This document shows, piece after piece, positions 48,479 through 60,135 of a DNA stretch of 64,000 nt. Position 1 is the stretch's first letter, and the number at the start of each line of letters is the position of its first letter. The notes beneath the pieces are model-generated. The model did no database searches and was not told the origin of the DNA. It was given only the letters and a program-made list of their open reading frames with translations. Origin of the DNA: Squalus acanthias (lineage: Eukaryota); assembly GCA_030390025.1 (NCBI GenBank), contig CM059432.1, positions 81,098,001 to 81,162,000 on the forward strand, read 5' to 3'. The position numbers and the translations under genes are program-made.

Positions 48479-49355
48479 GGGGGCGATTTTGCTGGCGCTC
48501 AGGGGTCGGGTTTGGAGGCGGGACTGCTGGCAAAATCAAAAAGATTGGCAGCGGGTCCCGAACCCGCTTCCAACCCGCCTCCAATCAATCTTCTTGGGAG
48601 TTGGGTCCCCAATTTGCACATGGACCCGACTCCTAGCGGCAGGAAGAGGATTATAGCCACTTAACTGCTTGTTAACAGGTAGTTAACAGGCAGGTAAGAG
48701 GCTTTTTCCAATTTTGACACTTCTACTGCGGGCTCCCGACGTCGGGAAACCCCGCCAGGGTAAGTGTGGCGTGCTGTGGGTCTACTGTAATGTTTGTGTA
48801 TAGATGACAGCTGCAGAAGTGGTGTGAAGGATCCAATGGGACACTGGTGAGTTGCAGAGGTAAGAAAATGTTGGGAAAGTCATTTTTAACGTGTTTAGAA
48901 TTTTCTGTACGTGACAAGCTTTGAAGAGTTTGTGTAGTCCCACCTCATTGGGAGAACCTCTCTCACCAGTGACAGATCGCTTCTGTAACCTCACCTGCAG
49001 CTGCCATCTGTTTTAACCTAAGGAGAGAGTCACTGGAGAGTCTGGGTGCAAGGGCTCACCTTTGTACAGTGATTGTCAGTGTTTGCAGCACCTCAATGCT
49101 GTCAAACACTGAAAAATCATCTGTCAAAAAGAAATGGTGGTGGCCCCTTTAAGAAAATCAGCAGATGACGCGTCATCAACTGACGTCATCTGACACCGGC
49201 TTTCACTTAATTGGCCGGCAAGCCCACAGGGCGGGCTTAACAAGGCCAATTGACGCAAAATAGCGTCTCTGCGTCGGACATCGCTGGGGGCGGGATTAGA
49301 ACCCAAAAGGCAGCAGTCCCGCCCCCAACATGCCTCTTCAGGTAAGATCCCGGCC
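48479..49355. mobile_element. Harbinger-type MITE
   Basis: Termini GGGGGCGATTTT / AAGATCCCGGCC; TSD GAT; left ~100 bp similar to the reverse complement of 2930-3041. Confidence 0.8.
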
Positions 49356-49836
49356 GATGTCTGCAAATCTAAGGGGGTTTGTTTATCTCTATTGTCTATG
49401 ACTAACCCCTACAGTCACAACCATGTTTGCTGCCTTTTAGTAAAGCACATCAAATCACATTCCAGGTCCACTTATCAGTGAAAGACCGTCTGTTACAACT
49501 TTATTTCACTTTGAAAAAAACTTTTTGTCCTGGCAAAGCATTTCAATATAGACCAAAATTTAAAATTAAGGGTCTGTGTATGTCTACAAAAGCAATTTAT
49601 GAAACAGAAATACAATGCCTTTTTAGGTACATATTACAATTAGCATTTTTCAAGAATAAAGCTCATATAGATCTTATCAAGATCTGTTGCAGAAACTAAG
49701 ATGTCAGTAGCATTCTCCCATCACGTTAACAACTATTTTGCGTTACCTAATGAGGAAGTGTAACTATTATTTGTTTAACAGAGTATAGGATCTTATAATA
49801 GTCAAAGATACAGATAGTCCAATTTATACAAACATC

Positions 49837-49928
49837 AACCACCATCTTCTCAAGGGCAACTAGGGATGGGCAATAAATGCTGGCACTGCCAGCGACGCCC
49901 TGATCTCATAAACGAATAAAATAAAAAA
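49837..49928 (+). mobile_element. Isolated 3' tail of the SINE-headed LINE family
   Basis: ACCACCATCTTCTCAAGGGCAACTAGGGATGGGCAATAAATGCTGGC...GAATAAAATAAAAAA equals 7702-7790. Confidence 0.85.
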
Positions 49929-50046
49929 TTAATACTACTGCAAACTCTTGTTATGCTGCAATACCAGGATCTACATCTTGATGTGGCTGAGGAAGCCCTA
50001 ACCTGATTGCTCATGTTATTCTGGTAGAGATAACTTTCAGCCTCAA

Positions 50047-51470
50047 ACATAAGAAATAGGAGCAGGAGTAGGCCATTTTGGCCATTCGAGCCTGCTCCCC
50101 CATTCAATAAGATCATGGCTGATCTTCAACCTCATCTCCACTTTCCTGCACTATCCCCACATCCCTTGATTCCCTTAATATTCAAAAATCTATCGATCTC
50201 TGTCTTGAATATACTCAACGACTGAGCCTCCACAGCCCTCTGGGGTAGAGAATTCCAAAGATTCACCACCCTCTGAGTGAAGAAATTTCTCCTCATCTCA
50301 GTCCTAAATGGCCGACCCCTTATTCTGAGACTGTGACCCCTGGTTCTAGACTCCCCAGCCAGGGGAAACATCCTCCCTGCATCTACCCTGTCAAACCCTG
50401 TAAGAATTTTGTATGTTTCAATGAGATCACCTCTCATTCTTCTAAACTCTAGAGAATATAGGCCTAGTCTACTCAATCTCTCCTCATAGGACAATCCCCC
50501 ATCCCAGGAACCAGTCTGGTGAACCTTCGTTGCACTCCCTCTATGGCAAGTATACCCTTCCTTAGGTAAGGAGACAAAACAGTACACAAAACTCCAGGTG
50601 TGGTGTCACCAGGACCCTCTATAATTGCAGTAAGACGTCTTTACTCTTATACTCAAATCCTCTTGTAATAAAGGCCAACATACCATTTGCTTTCCTAATT
50701 GCTTGCTATACCTGCATATTAACTTTCAGTGATTCATGTACATGGACACCCAGGTCCCTCTGAACACCAACATTTCCCAATCTCTCACCATTTAAAAAAT
50801 ACTCTGCTTTTCTATTTTTCCTACCAAAGTGGATAACTTCACATTTCTCCACATTATATTCCATTTGCCATGTTCTTGCCCACTCACTTAGCCTGTCGAT
50901 ATCCCCTTGAAGCCTCTATGCATCCTCCTCACAACTTACATTCCCACCCAGCTTTGCATCATCAGCAAACTTGGATATATTACATTTGGTCCCCTCATCA
51001 AAATCATTGATATAGATTGTGAATAGCTGAGGCCCAAGCACTGATCCTTGCGGTACCCCACTAGTTACAGCCTGCCAACCCGAAAATGACCCGTTTATTC
51101 CTACTCTCTGTTTCTGTCCGTTAACCAATCCTCAATCCGTGCTAGTATATTACCTCCAATCCCATGAGCCCTACTTTTGTTTAATAACCTCTTGTGTGGC
51201 ACCTTATCGAATGCCTTCTGAAAATCCAAATACACCACATCCACTGGTTCCCCCTTATCTATTCTGCTCGTTACAACCTCAAAAAACTCTAACAGATTTG
51301 TCAACCACGATTTCCCTTTCATAATCTGTGTTGACTCTGCCCAATCCTATTATTATTTTCTATGTGCCCTGTTACCACGTTTGCAATAATAGATTCTAGC
51401 ATTTTCCCTACTACTGATGTCAGGCTAACTGGTCTGTAGTTCCCCGTTTTCTCTCTCCCTCCTTTCTTAA
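50047..51470 (-). mobile_element. CR1 LINE, 5'-truncated
   Basis: [42 protein letters not shown]; tail CCTATTTCTTATGT. Confidence 0.95.
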
Positions 51471-53166
51471 ACCTTTACAAGGTTCTCTCAAACTTGAAAG
51501 AGATGTTGCTATATCTGTAAACAGTTACAAGCAATACCATTTGATTTTGAAGGACATAGGAAGTCTTGAACTGAGTTGAGTCATAGTATAGAAATTTAAA
51601 CTAGATTGAATGTTATAATGTGCCTCCTGGCACTTCCAATATTTTCTGCTCAAACTGACGGGTGTATAATACATCTACCCAAATATAGGGGAGTATACGA
51701 TATTGAAAGGTAAATGACGGGAATACATCATACAACGTTTTTCCCATCATTTCTGTTGTAACAACATTGAGCCTATGAGCCACAGAGAAGGGGAGGAGTT
51801 AAATTTAAAATACCAGTTTCCTCAATGTGGTTGATTGTAGAGCAGCTTGAAGATTAAGGAAACTGCCATACTTGAACATGAGCACATTTTTCAGGTCCCG
51901 AATACCTGGGGGTGGCGTGTCTCAGTGTAAATGCCAAGGTGCACCCGCCCTGATCTCTGCTGCTGACCCTGCCAAAGTTTGCGGGGTCAGAGGGAGGCCC
52001 CATTATTTAAATGTCTTTGGTGGACAAAGAGTGCATCTTGAGTGCACCGGAGGCCTTAAAGTCTGGCCAAGACATTTCTGCCCCCCCCTCCCTCACACCC
52101 TCTGGAAAGAAAAGTGTAGGTACCACTTCACAAATTTGAAAATAAATCGTGGCCAGATCTTCTGGAGTCCAGGGCTCAATCCCAGCTTGGACTTCCCAGG
52201 TGGGCCATACATCCCTCCTTAATCATCTGGCACATCTGGGCTCGAGGCATACTAGTTTTGACCATACACCAGATCACAAAGAAAACCTGAGGCGCAGAAG
52301 CTCTGACTTTTGAAGTTCCCGGCCCCATCCCCCTTTACACTAATAACCTTGTAAGGGACAGGCGCAAGCTCTGCCCCCACAAGGCTATCCTGGAAACGAG
52401 GATGCAAGTCTCGGGCCAGGCCTATCTGGGTCCCAGTCTAATTGTGGCAGACTCCCACTGAAGTTACAACAGAAGTCTGCTAGATCGGCCATAGATTTTC
52501 TGGGCCTCAATTTAAAAGAAAATCTTCAGCCAAAACCATGGGCCAACTTGCTCTGTGCCAACACAACACAACAATTTCCCTCCCCCTGCCCCCACCTGAG
52601 GTACGTGCCCCAGCAGTGTTGTAAATGGCTCTGGCATCCACCAAAAATATTTAAGTGCCCTTAACGCTGGCAATTGGGCCAGAGTTAGGTGCACAATCAA
52701 GGGGTGGACAGAAGACAAGTCTTTCAGCATCTGTTGAGTATCTGCTGCCATTGTGGTCTCACAAGAATTTCTAAGCCTTGGCCTCACAATATGTCCCCAT
52801 TTATGATATTTTCTGCTAATTTGGGCTGACTGCAGCCATAACTAGCATGCTCCCACAACTAATTGTCACTCCTGAGTTTTCAGCACCCTCGTCAATCCAA
52901 TAACCAGTGCACCAATAGCAATTACCATAAGGCTCATATTTTGCTGAAAAGTTATTCAAGAATGAATGTTTATTTTGTTTTTAATTCAAATGCTGTCTCC
53001 ATGTTGACATTTTAAAAATTAACGCAGTTTTTCATGCTTTCATCGAAACAGTTAAGTCAAAAATTGTTCATTGTGATTATCACTTAACGGTTAATTTGGA
53101 CTGCATGTTGCGGGTATACAGCATTATCATTCCAAATTGACAAGTTATTCCAAAATGTTCTTGCAG

Positions 53167-53333
53167 CACAAAATTGGAGCAGAAGAGTAAAGGTTTAAGA
53201 CAACAGCAGCAGCAACACAAGAAGCTTTTAGCTGCAATGCTATCCCAGGATTCCTTTGACTCTGTGCACAGTAATGCACCATCTGCGGCAGAAGAAGACA
53301 TAGAGGATGAGGACGATGCCATGGAATTACTGG
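53167..53333 (+). CDS. C8orf34: Next internal coding exon of C8orf34 homolog (167 bp, phase 2 to phase 1)
   Basis: ttcttgcag|CACAAAA...CTGG|gtaaga; (S)[55 protein letters not shown] matches recalled human [28 protein letters not shown]...[14 protein letters not shown]; splices in frame to 46277. Confidence 0.9.
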
Positions 53334-53584
53334 GTAAGACACCTGGTACTATCATAACACTCGATATAGGACAACATTCACAAGTGTCAAATTACAAGTT
53401 TTATTCAAGGTATTCCACATAACCTTGTGTAGAAAAGTTAAGCTCTGTGATCCACAAGCACTACATTCTTACTGCTCTGTAAGAGGATATCTTTCATCTC
53501 AGCATGAGACCGTGCAGTATAACACAGCACTTCTTACTTATGGTCTTCTCTAAATCATCTGTGGTCTAAGATTATTATGAAGTT

Positions 53585-53688
53585 TATAAAAAATTTGAAC
53601 GTGCTGGAATTACATAGCAAGTCCCATCAGCATCTGGAAAGGGAAAATACAGGTTAATATTTTGGATGGAGGTGTTTCATCAGAACTC
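53585..53688 (-). mobile_element. Decayed Penelope-like terminal fragment
   Basis: Minus strand TTCTGATGAA...AATATTAACCTGT...CCAGATGCTG...TTCCAGCA, similar to 3117-3235. Confidence 0.45.
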
Positions 53689-53784
53689 TTGCAGGAAGGC
53701 AGGAGAGGCCCCTTTTAAAGCCTGAGCAAAGCAAAGCAGAAAGGAGAAAGCAGTTCAAATTGACAAGTAGAGCGATGCTAATTG

Positions 53785-53970
53785 CAGTATTGCCAACTCT
53801 TGTGATTCACATGCGAGTCTCACAATTAGCAGAATTTTTTTCAATGCCTGCGATTCATGTGAGAAATTTAAATGTAGCTTTCTGCATATTTAATTTCCCA
53901 CATGAATCACCGAGTTAAAAAATCTTTTACAAATCATAGGAATTCTATGATTCTGGGTTAATAGGCAGTC
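53785..53970. mobile_element. Small hAT-like or foldback remnant
   Basis: Starts CAGTATTGCCAACTC; internal hairpin GATTCATGTGAGAAATT / AATTTCCCACATGAATC. Confidence 0.45.
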
Positions 53971-55041
53971 AGCATTTAAAGGGTGACCCGTTTTATTTTG
54001 AGAAGAATCTCCAAATTGGGCATTTTGCTTTAGCTTTCCGTTGGTTATTGCACTGGGTGTTACTTTCAGTGATGATTTTTGTCTGTTTGCTTTTTGAGGT
54101 TTTTGGACAAGAGTTTTGGCTGGAAATATTTTTAGTTACTGCAATTATAATTTTAAAAGCTGCATACCCTCTCCTTTTTTTGTGTGTTATTTGGAGAATG
54201 AAGAAGACAATGAAAAAAAAGGGATATGAAACAGGCCATATTGTAACAGAGGCAGAGTGCCTACACTATCATTATTGAAGAAGATGTATTTATCGGCAGA
54301 GATGCACTAAATGTGAAAGTTGCAACAAAACTGCTTCTTAGGGAGCTAGTGACAGAGTCGTGGTATCGCCCAGAATCTGACCTCCTGAATTTTCATGCAA
54401 TTGGGAGGAGGCTGTATCTTCATTCCAAGCTACCACAGGGAGAATTAGCAATATCAGCTAATCTGTAGTCCATAGATGTATCCAGCAGGTGACATGCATT
54501 TTTGCAAGGGAAAAAACAATTTCATCATTTAACCCCATGGCACTATTTTACTCTCCATTTGTTCCAAATGTCCACAGGAAGTTGGGGGGCATGATCTTCA
54601 AACCTCCAGCTATCCAGGGGCTGGCCAATTAAACAGGCTACCAACCCCCTCCCCCCATCCTGGGCAATGGCCCCTTTGAAACTAGTTTTTGCAAAGCCTA
54701 AAAGGGCTTTTCAATCCTGAATGTGTGAATGTTTGCGATGTTTTTAAGAGCCTCCATTGTCTGAGGCCATCTTGACAGATGCCTCATCTGACTTCTGATC
54801 TGTATCCCTGGCATGTGACTGCCCTATGAACCTAACCTATTGAAAGAAAACTTTAAGTTGAAAGCAGATTTTAATCTAAATAACACCAAGCGTCTTGTTG
54901 TCTAGCTGCCTGCAGCCTTCCTTATCACTCCCGCTCCTCCGGTAAGTTGTGTTATTAACGTAGCACACTCAAGCTAGGCTGAATTAAATAACTAGATTTC
55001 ATCACAGAAATTAAACAAGTAGAACATCTCTACCTATAGTC

Positions 55042-55189
55042 AAATTTTCTGGGATTTGATTTCAGCAGTGGAGCCTCGCATATAGCAGGTAGCTTATCGA
55101 AAAATCGCAGGCAATGCACTTACATTTTTCTGATAAGCTACCTGATGTGTGTGAAACTCTGCTGGTGGCACAGGATCTCAGAGAACTTT
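55042..55189. repeat. ~150-bp imperfect palindrome
   Basis: Perfect core CAGGTAGCTTATC 55086-55098 / GATAAGCTACCTG 55132-55144 with pairing flanks. Confidence 0.75.
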
Positions 55190-55524
55190 TCCCATACAAA
55201 ACAGCATGATACCAGAAACTACTAGATCTTTTAAAACTAAGCTCGACTTCTCACTATAGTGATTGTTGTGAGAGTTTCATTATTAACACGCTCCAGCATT
55301 CGCTTTCAGTTTCATGTCGGACCATCCCTGTTCCCACTCTTTCATGGTTCTCTGTCTCCGCCTCTCTTTCTTTCTCAGATCAGAGGGTTAAGTGTTTCAT
55401 TAACTTTTGAACTGAATGGACTCCGCTGAATTCCAGGCAGACATAAAATAATGCACAAAGCACTTAAAGCCATTGCCAAATCGAATGATCCACAAGGGGG
55501 TGGTGTTTGCACCTCCCAAACAAA

Positions 55525-56257
55525 GGGGGCGAAATTGGATGCCTTTGCGCTTCCCGTTCGTGCCCTCGGGGGCCGCTAACGGGGCGCAAATGGCTTTGCA
55601 ATTGGGCGCGGCGCCGACATATGGCAGGAGTTTTGCGGCGGCGCTACAGCGTTGCGCCCCAATCTCCTTCGTCCAGAGATCGTGACATCATTGCCATGCG
55701 TATCACCCTAGTAGCGCCCCGGACCCGAAATTGACTTCCGCCCCCTGCAGCAGCACCGGGTGAAAACACCGACAGCTGCAGGAGGCGTGCTTCGGGCGGC
55801 TGGCCACTTCGGGGGCGATGATTAAAGGCAAGGTGGCCGAGGTAAGTAAAAAAAAAAGTACCTTTCTTGTTCCGCTTTTTTCCGTGTGTTCCTGCCCGCA
55901 ATCGATCAGCCCAGCACTCTGCTTGAGTGCCGGGCTGATCACATGGGATCGCGGCTGCATTGGTGGTCCAGGTAGGTAATTTTCCTATTGCAGAGCCTGC
56001 AGCGATGGCCCTTCCCTTTAAGGGTGGGAAGGAGCCTTTGAATGCGGCAGCGCTGCACGGCTACTGAAGTCTCCGCCCTGCCTGCTGCCGACTGCGCTCC
56101 AAGAAGGAAGTGGAGCGCTTGATTTAGTACTTCACTTCCTTCCTGGAGCGCAAAACCGATTTTTTTTTAAAGTTTGGAAACATTAGCTCCTGGTGCTAAT
56201 TTTCCAAACTTTTAAAATTTAGCGCCCCAAACGGGGATATCATGAATTTTCTCCCCC
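55525..56257. mobile_element. GC-rich Harbinger-type MITE related to the 31909 and 34079 family
   Basis: Termini GGGGGCGAAATT / AATTTTCTCCCCC; shared GCTAACGGGGCGCAAA and CTTGAGTGCCGGGCT. Confidence 0.78.
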
Positions 56258-56791
56258 ATGATCTTTCTGGCTTAATTGAAGCTGAAGAATAAAGCCACCA
56301 TCTGGAATCCAGATCCAATGGAACATGGTGGCCATTTTATATCTTCCCCAGCCTTGGCTTTACAGTTATTCAGGGAGAATGTATCAATTATATTTATAAA
56401 CAAAGCTAGTCCTGCTTCTATCTGCCTATATATGATGACAGTGACATGAAATTAATCATAGTAGTCTTTCAAAATACGCATAGCACATTCAGTACTATTA
56501 TCTCCAATAACAGTGTATCTAATGTTTTTTTTTTGTCAACTCCTAGTTCTTAAAACAATATTGGGGGAAATTTTAAGCTAACTCGCCCAACGGGAAACTG
56601 ATGGGATCCAATCGGCTGATCGTTTTACTTGCCTGATTTTACTTTCCATTGACTTCAAAATGTAAATCTTATGCAAATGAGGCAGCGATACAGTGATACA
56701 GATCTTTTTCCTATCTCCTGTCCCTCACACACATGGAACTGGCACTGATGGGTATTAGGGACATGGAAATCAGCCTGCTGTGCTTTAAACT

Positions 56792-57293
56792 GATAGCCAA
56801 GTTCCGCACCCATGAGGACGGCCTCAACCGGGATCTTGGGTTCATGTCACGCAACATGTAACCCCACCTGACGTAGAGTCATCCAGACTTGAGTCGTCAT
56901 TGGCTTGTTCTCTCTACACAGATGCGGCCGGACCTGCTGTGAGTTCCAGCAAAAAAAGTTTTTTGTTTTCCATACAGACCCCAACATCTGCCACATTGTC
57001 TTTGATGTAATGTTTTCCTGACTGACCTGTTTGGACACCATCCACACCTTTGATTGCCGTGATTATCTCTCTGCTGAGGTGTGATAAAGGGCAGTTGGAA
57101 AGATTAACTGTAATCATCTGGCAGTGTTCTCTGACTATATATGCTGTGCCTATATGCATCTCTTCACTTCACCTGATGAAGGAGCAGCGCTCCGAAAGCT
57201 TGTGATTTCAAATAAAGCTGTTGGACTATAACCTGGTGTTGTGCGACTTCTCACATTTGTCCACCCCAGTCCAACACCGGCATCTCCACATCA
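56792..57293 (+). mobile_element. 5'-truncated Penelope-like element (end of GIY-YIG ORF plus terminal repeat)
   Basis: KLIAKFRTHEDGLNRDLGFMSRNM* (56787-56861); hammerhead motifs; AATAAA; 11-bp TSD TGCTTTAAACT at 56781-56791 and 57294-57304. Confidence 0.82.
57168..57205 (+). ncRNA. Minimal type I hammerhead ribozyme
   Basis: TCAC-CTGATGA-A-GGAGC agc GCTCC-GAAA-GC-TT-GTGA: intact core, 5-bp stem II, 4-bp stem I, palindromic AAGCTT in place of stem III. Confidence 0.75.
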
Positions 57294-58579
57294 TGCTTTA
57301 AACTAGGAGGACATGAGTTTGTGCCCATAATGATCGTCAGTGTGATTCTTTAATCAGTCACCAAAGAAAGAAATATTCTGAAATTTAAAAAAAGGGATGG
57401 GGCAGGAATTCAGGTTTGTCAGTTATGCCAGAAACTTTTGTGCACTTCCTGGTAGCTGATTCAAGAGCAGTAATGATGCAAGTTTGAGAGTACGTCCTCT
57501 GTTTTCTCCCTTGCCCAGTAAACAGTATGCAACCTGGAGAGAAGACAGGGGGAAAATAATTTCAAAATATGGGCAAAATATTTTAAAGCAATTTTTAAAA
57601 AACCATGTTGGATTGAAATTGGTAACATGCTATGGTGTCGCTTTCTTTCACTCCTTCTTTCATATGGTACATTTGGGAAATAAGCATTTTGTTTTCAATA
57701 CAGTAGGTTTTTCTGTGCCCAGTAAAAATACTAGATTTATGCATCCATTGGTGCTCAGACTGACACTTTCATGTTCCTTTGATATAAATTTACAGCACTG
57801 AAACAGGCCGGTGTTTATGCTGCCCACGAGCCTCCTTCTACCCTACTTCATCTCGCTCGATCAGCATATCTTTTTTGCATATTATTGTTTAAAGAAGCCA
57901 TACACATTATTTATTATTTAAGTGAGGGTACAACAATGATGAATTTTGGTCACATTTCTAACAGTAAGAAAATGTATGGGGGTAATTTTAACCTAATCGC
58001 TCAACGGGGATCTGCCACAACCGGATCAGCCGCCCGTCCCGTGCCCCACCGATCCAACCCTGCATTGAAGTCAAAGGGAAATTAAATCAGGCAGGGTGCA
58101 AAACGGATGCCTGATCCAATCCCGTCAGCTTAGATTGCACTGAGCATTCTTACTTTTGGAAATAATATTAAAAATACACATAACAAACAACTTACAAAGT
58201 TATCACAACAATTTTTCAAAGCAAGGGGTGATTCTGTTGCAGAGGCAGCAGGATCACATGACACTACCGCACTGACCTGGCCCCCACCCAAGTTCATGAG
58301 TTCAGGCAGTTAATTGATTAGAATGTGCTCCCTGTACACATTGGCACAGATGCGAGGAACGCACTGATGGAGGGGATGGAATATCTCAATTCTCAATATG
58401 TCCTTCCTTCATGCAAAACTCTCTGCTGGGAGCACTAATTCTTAAAACCTGCTCCAATGAGCTGTCTTCTACACCACCCTAAGTCTGTACAACATTCTTA
58501 TGCAAATTCTTCTCCCGTACACATTTCAAGGCAAAGCTCCCTGGAAAATTGAATAGAATCTATATAACTTAATTAAAAA

Positions 58580-58797
58580 TCTTATATCTGCATGCACTGC
58601 CTGTCAACTTTTCACATTATAATTTCCTATTTCCATACTTACAATGGAAATTACATGCTATAATTACACTCTCTTGCCAGTGGTGGCACTGCAGGGTGTA
58701 ATTACAAAGTGCCACGTTTATATAGGCAGTTTTCATTATAGGTCTAGACATAGATATTTCTAATGGAAAAGGTCGATAGAAAGTGCAAGATGTAAAA
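58580..58797. repeat. Old AT-rich foldback element
   Basis: Outer arms GCACTGCCTGTCAACTTTTCACATTA / TAATGGAAAAGGTCGATAGAAAGTGC; inner TAATTACAC 58661 / GTGTAATTA 58696. Confidence 0.65.
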
Positions 58798-59900
58798 TCT
58801 TTAATATATTGTAGATTATAATATCAAATCAAATATTACATAAAAATAAGGACAGACACATGACCTTAAAACAGGGAGTTGAGTTTTTGGTTTTAACTAA
58901 GTGATGACAATTGTTGATGTCTATCCTATTTCTGTTCCTGATAAATAATAATATCTAGGACTGTAGTTCCTTGCAGCAATATAAAGATTGAACTCCCTTC
59001 TCCTGACACATCTCAAAAGGCTTTTTAAATGAATTGTTTTGAAGTAAGTCCCTTAACTCCTCGGTTATACTGTAGTAGAAATTCATACCCCTGTTATGAT
59101 GGGGGAGGAGGGGGTAAGCTCATTCTGCAAACATGGTAATGCTAGTAACTGCCATGGGATTCCCAAATCTTGTTTTAAATAGCAAAAGTGAGGGCCACTC
59201 ACTCAGTCCCCTCTGTGTGTAGACCTACACTAGTGTGAGTCAGTGCCTTCAGAGGAGGGGTCGAAGCAAAGAATATTGAAGGAAAGAAATAATTGCATCC
59301 AAGAAAAGAGATTATTTGGTCATGTTCTTTGTATGTATCAGCAAACTTTCCTTCCTTAAACAATACAGCAGTTTAGCCGCATTTGTAAAGCTATTTTAGC
59401 AAAGTTGCAAGCTAAGGTAGAAGCTGCTTATAAAACTCAGAGTTTCTCTCTTCCAGATGATTTACCAGATTGAAGTTTCTGAGAGCCTTCGTGTATGTTG
59501 AACATCGATACTTTATGCTCACAGTCACCTCTTTGGGATCCCAGTCAGTGTGTCAACATGACTCGGGCCCTTTTATCTATCCAGCTGCAAGTCCTCTCTT
59601 TCCTACTGCTTCCTGAGTTCCCACTCGCCCATGAGCTTCCCTACGCCTCCATAGTTCACTGTTAATGGGCTGGACTGGAGCCCCTATCTCATCAACATCA
59701 CTAATGTAGTGATTCCAGCTGCTGCATACTGTAGCCGGGAGTTCTCATGAAAAGAGGACTTCCTGCCCACAGTATACAGTGGCAGGTATCACTACCATTA
59801 GCCAGGCTGAGGAAAGTGGGGCACTGATTTTACCCATTAGCAATGGACTTAGGTGGAAGCAAGGAAGGGTGGGAATGGATGACAATAAGGAGTTGGAAAT

Positions 59901-60135
59901 GGATGGCAATGAAGGGACAATGGATAACATTAAATAGGGAGTTGATGGCAATGAAGGAGGAAATGGATAACATTAAATAGGGAGTTGATGGCAATGAAGG
60001 AACAATGGATAACATTAAATAGGGAGTTGATGGCAATGAAGGGACAATGGATAACATTAAATAGGGAGTTGATGGCAATGAAGGGACAATGGATAACATT
60101 AAATAGGGAGTTGATGGCAATGAAGGGACAATGGA
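59901..60135. repeat. 42-bp tandem repeat, ~5.5 copies
   Basis: GATGGCAATGAAGGGACAATGGATAACATTAAATAGGGAGTT. Confidence 0.93.

Noticed and set aside
59457..59473. Candidate next C8orf34 exon after ttccag (D-D-L...)
   Set aside because: Stop codon after five residues and no match to the expected DLRMEG motif
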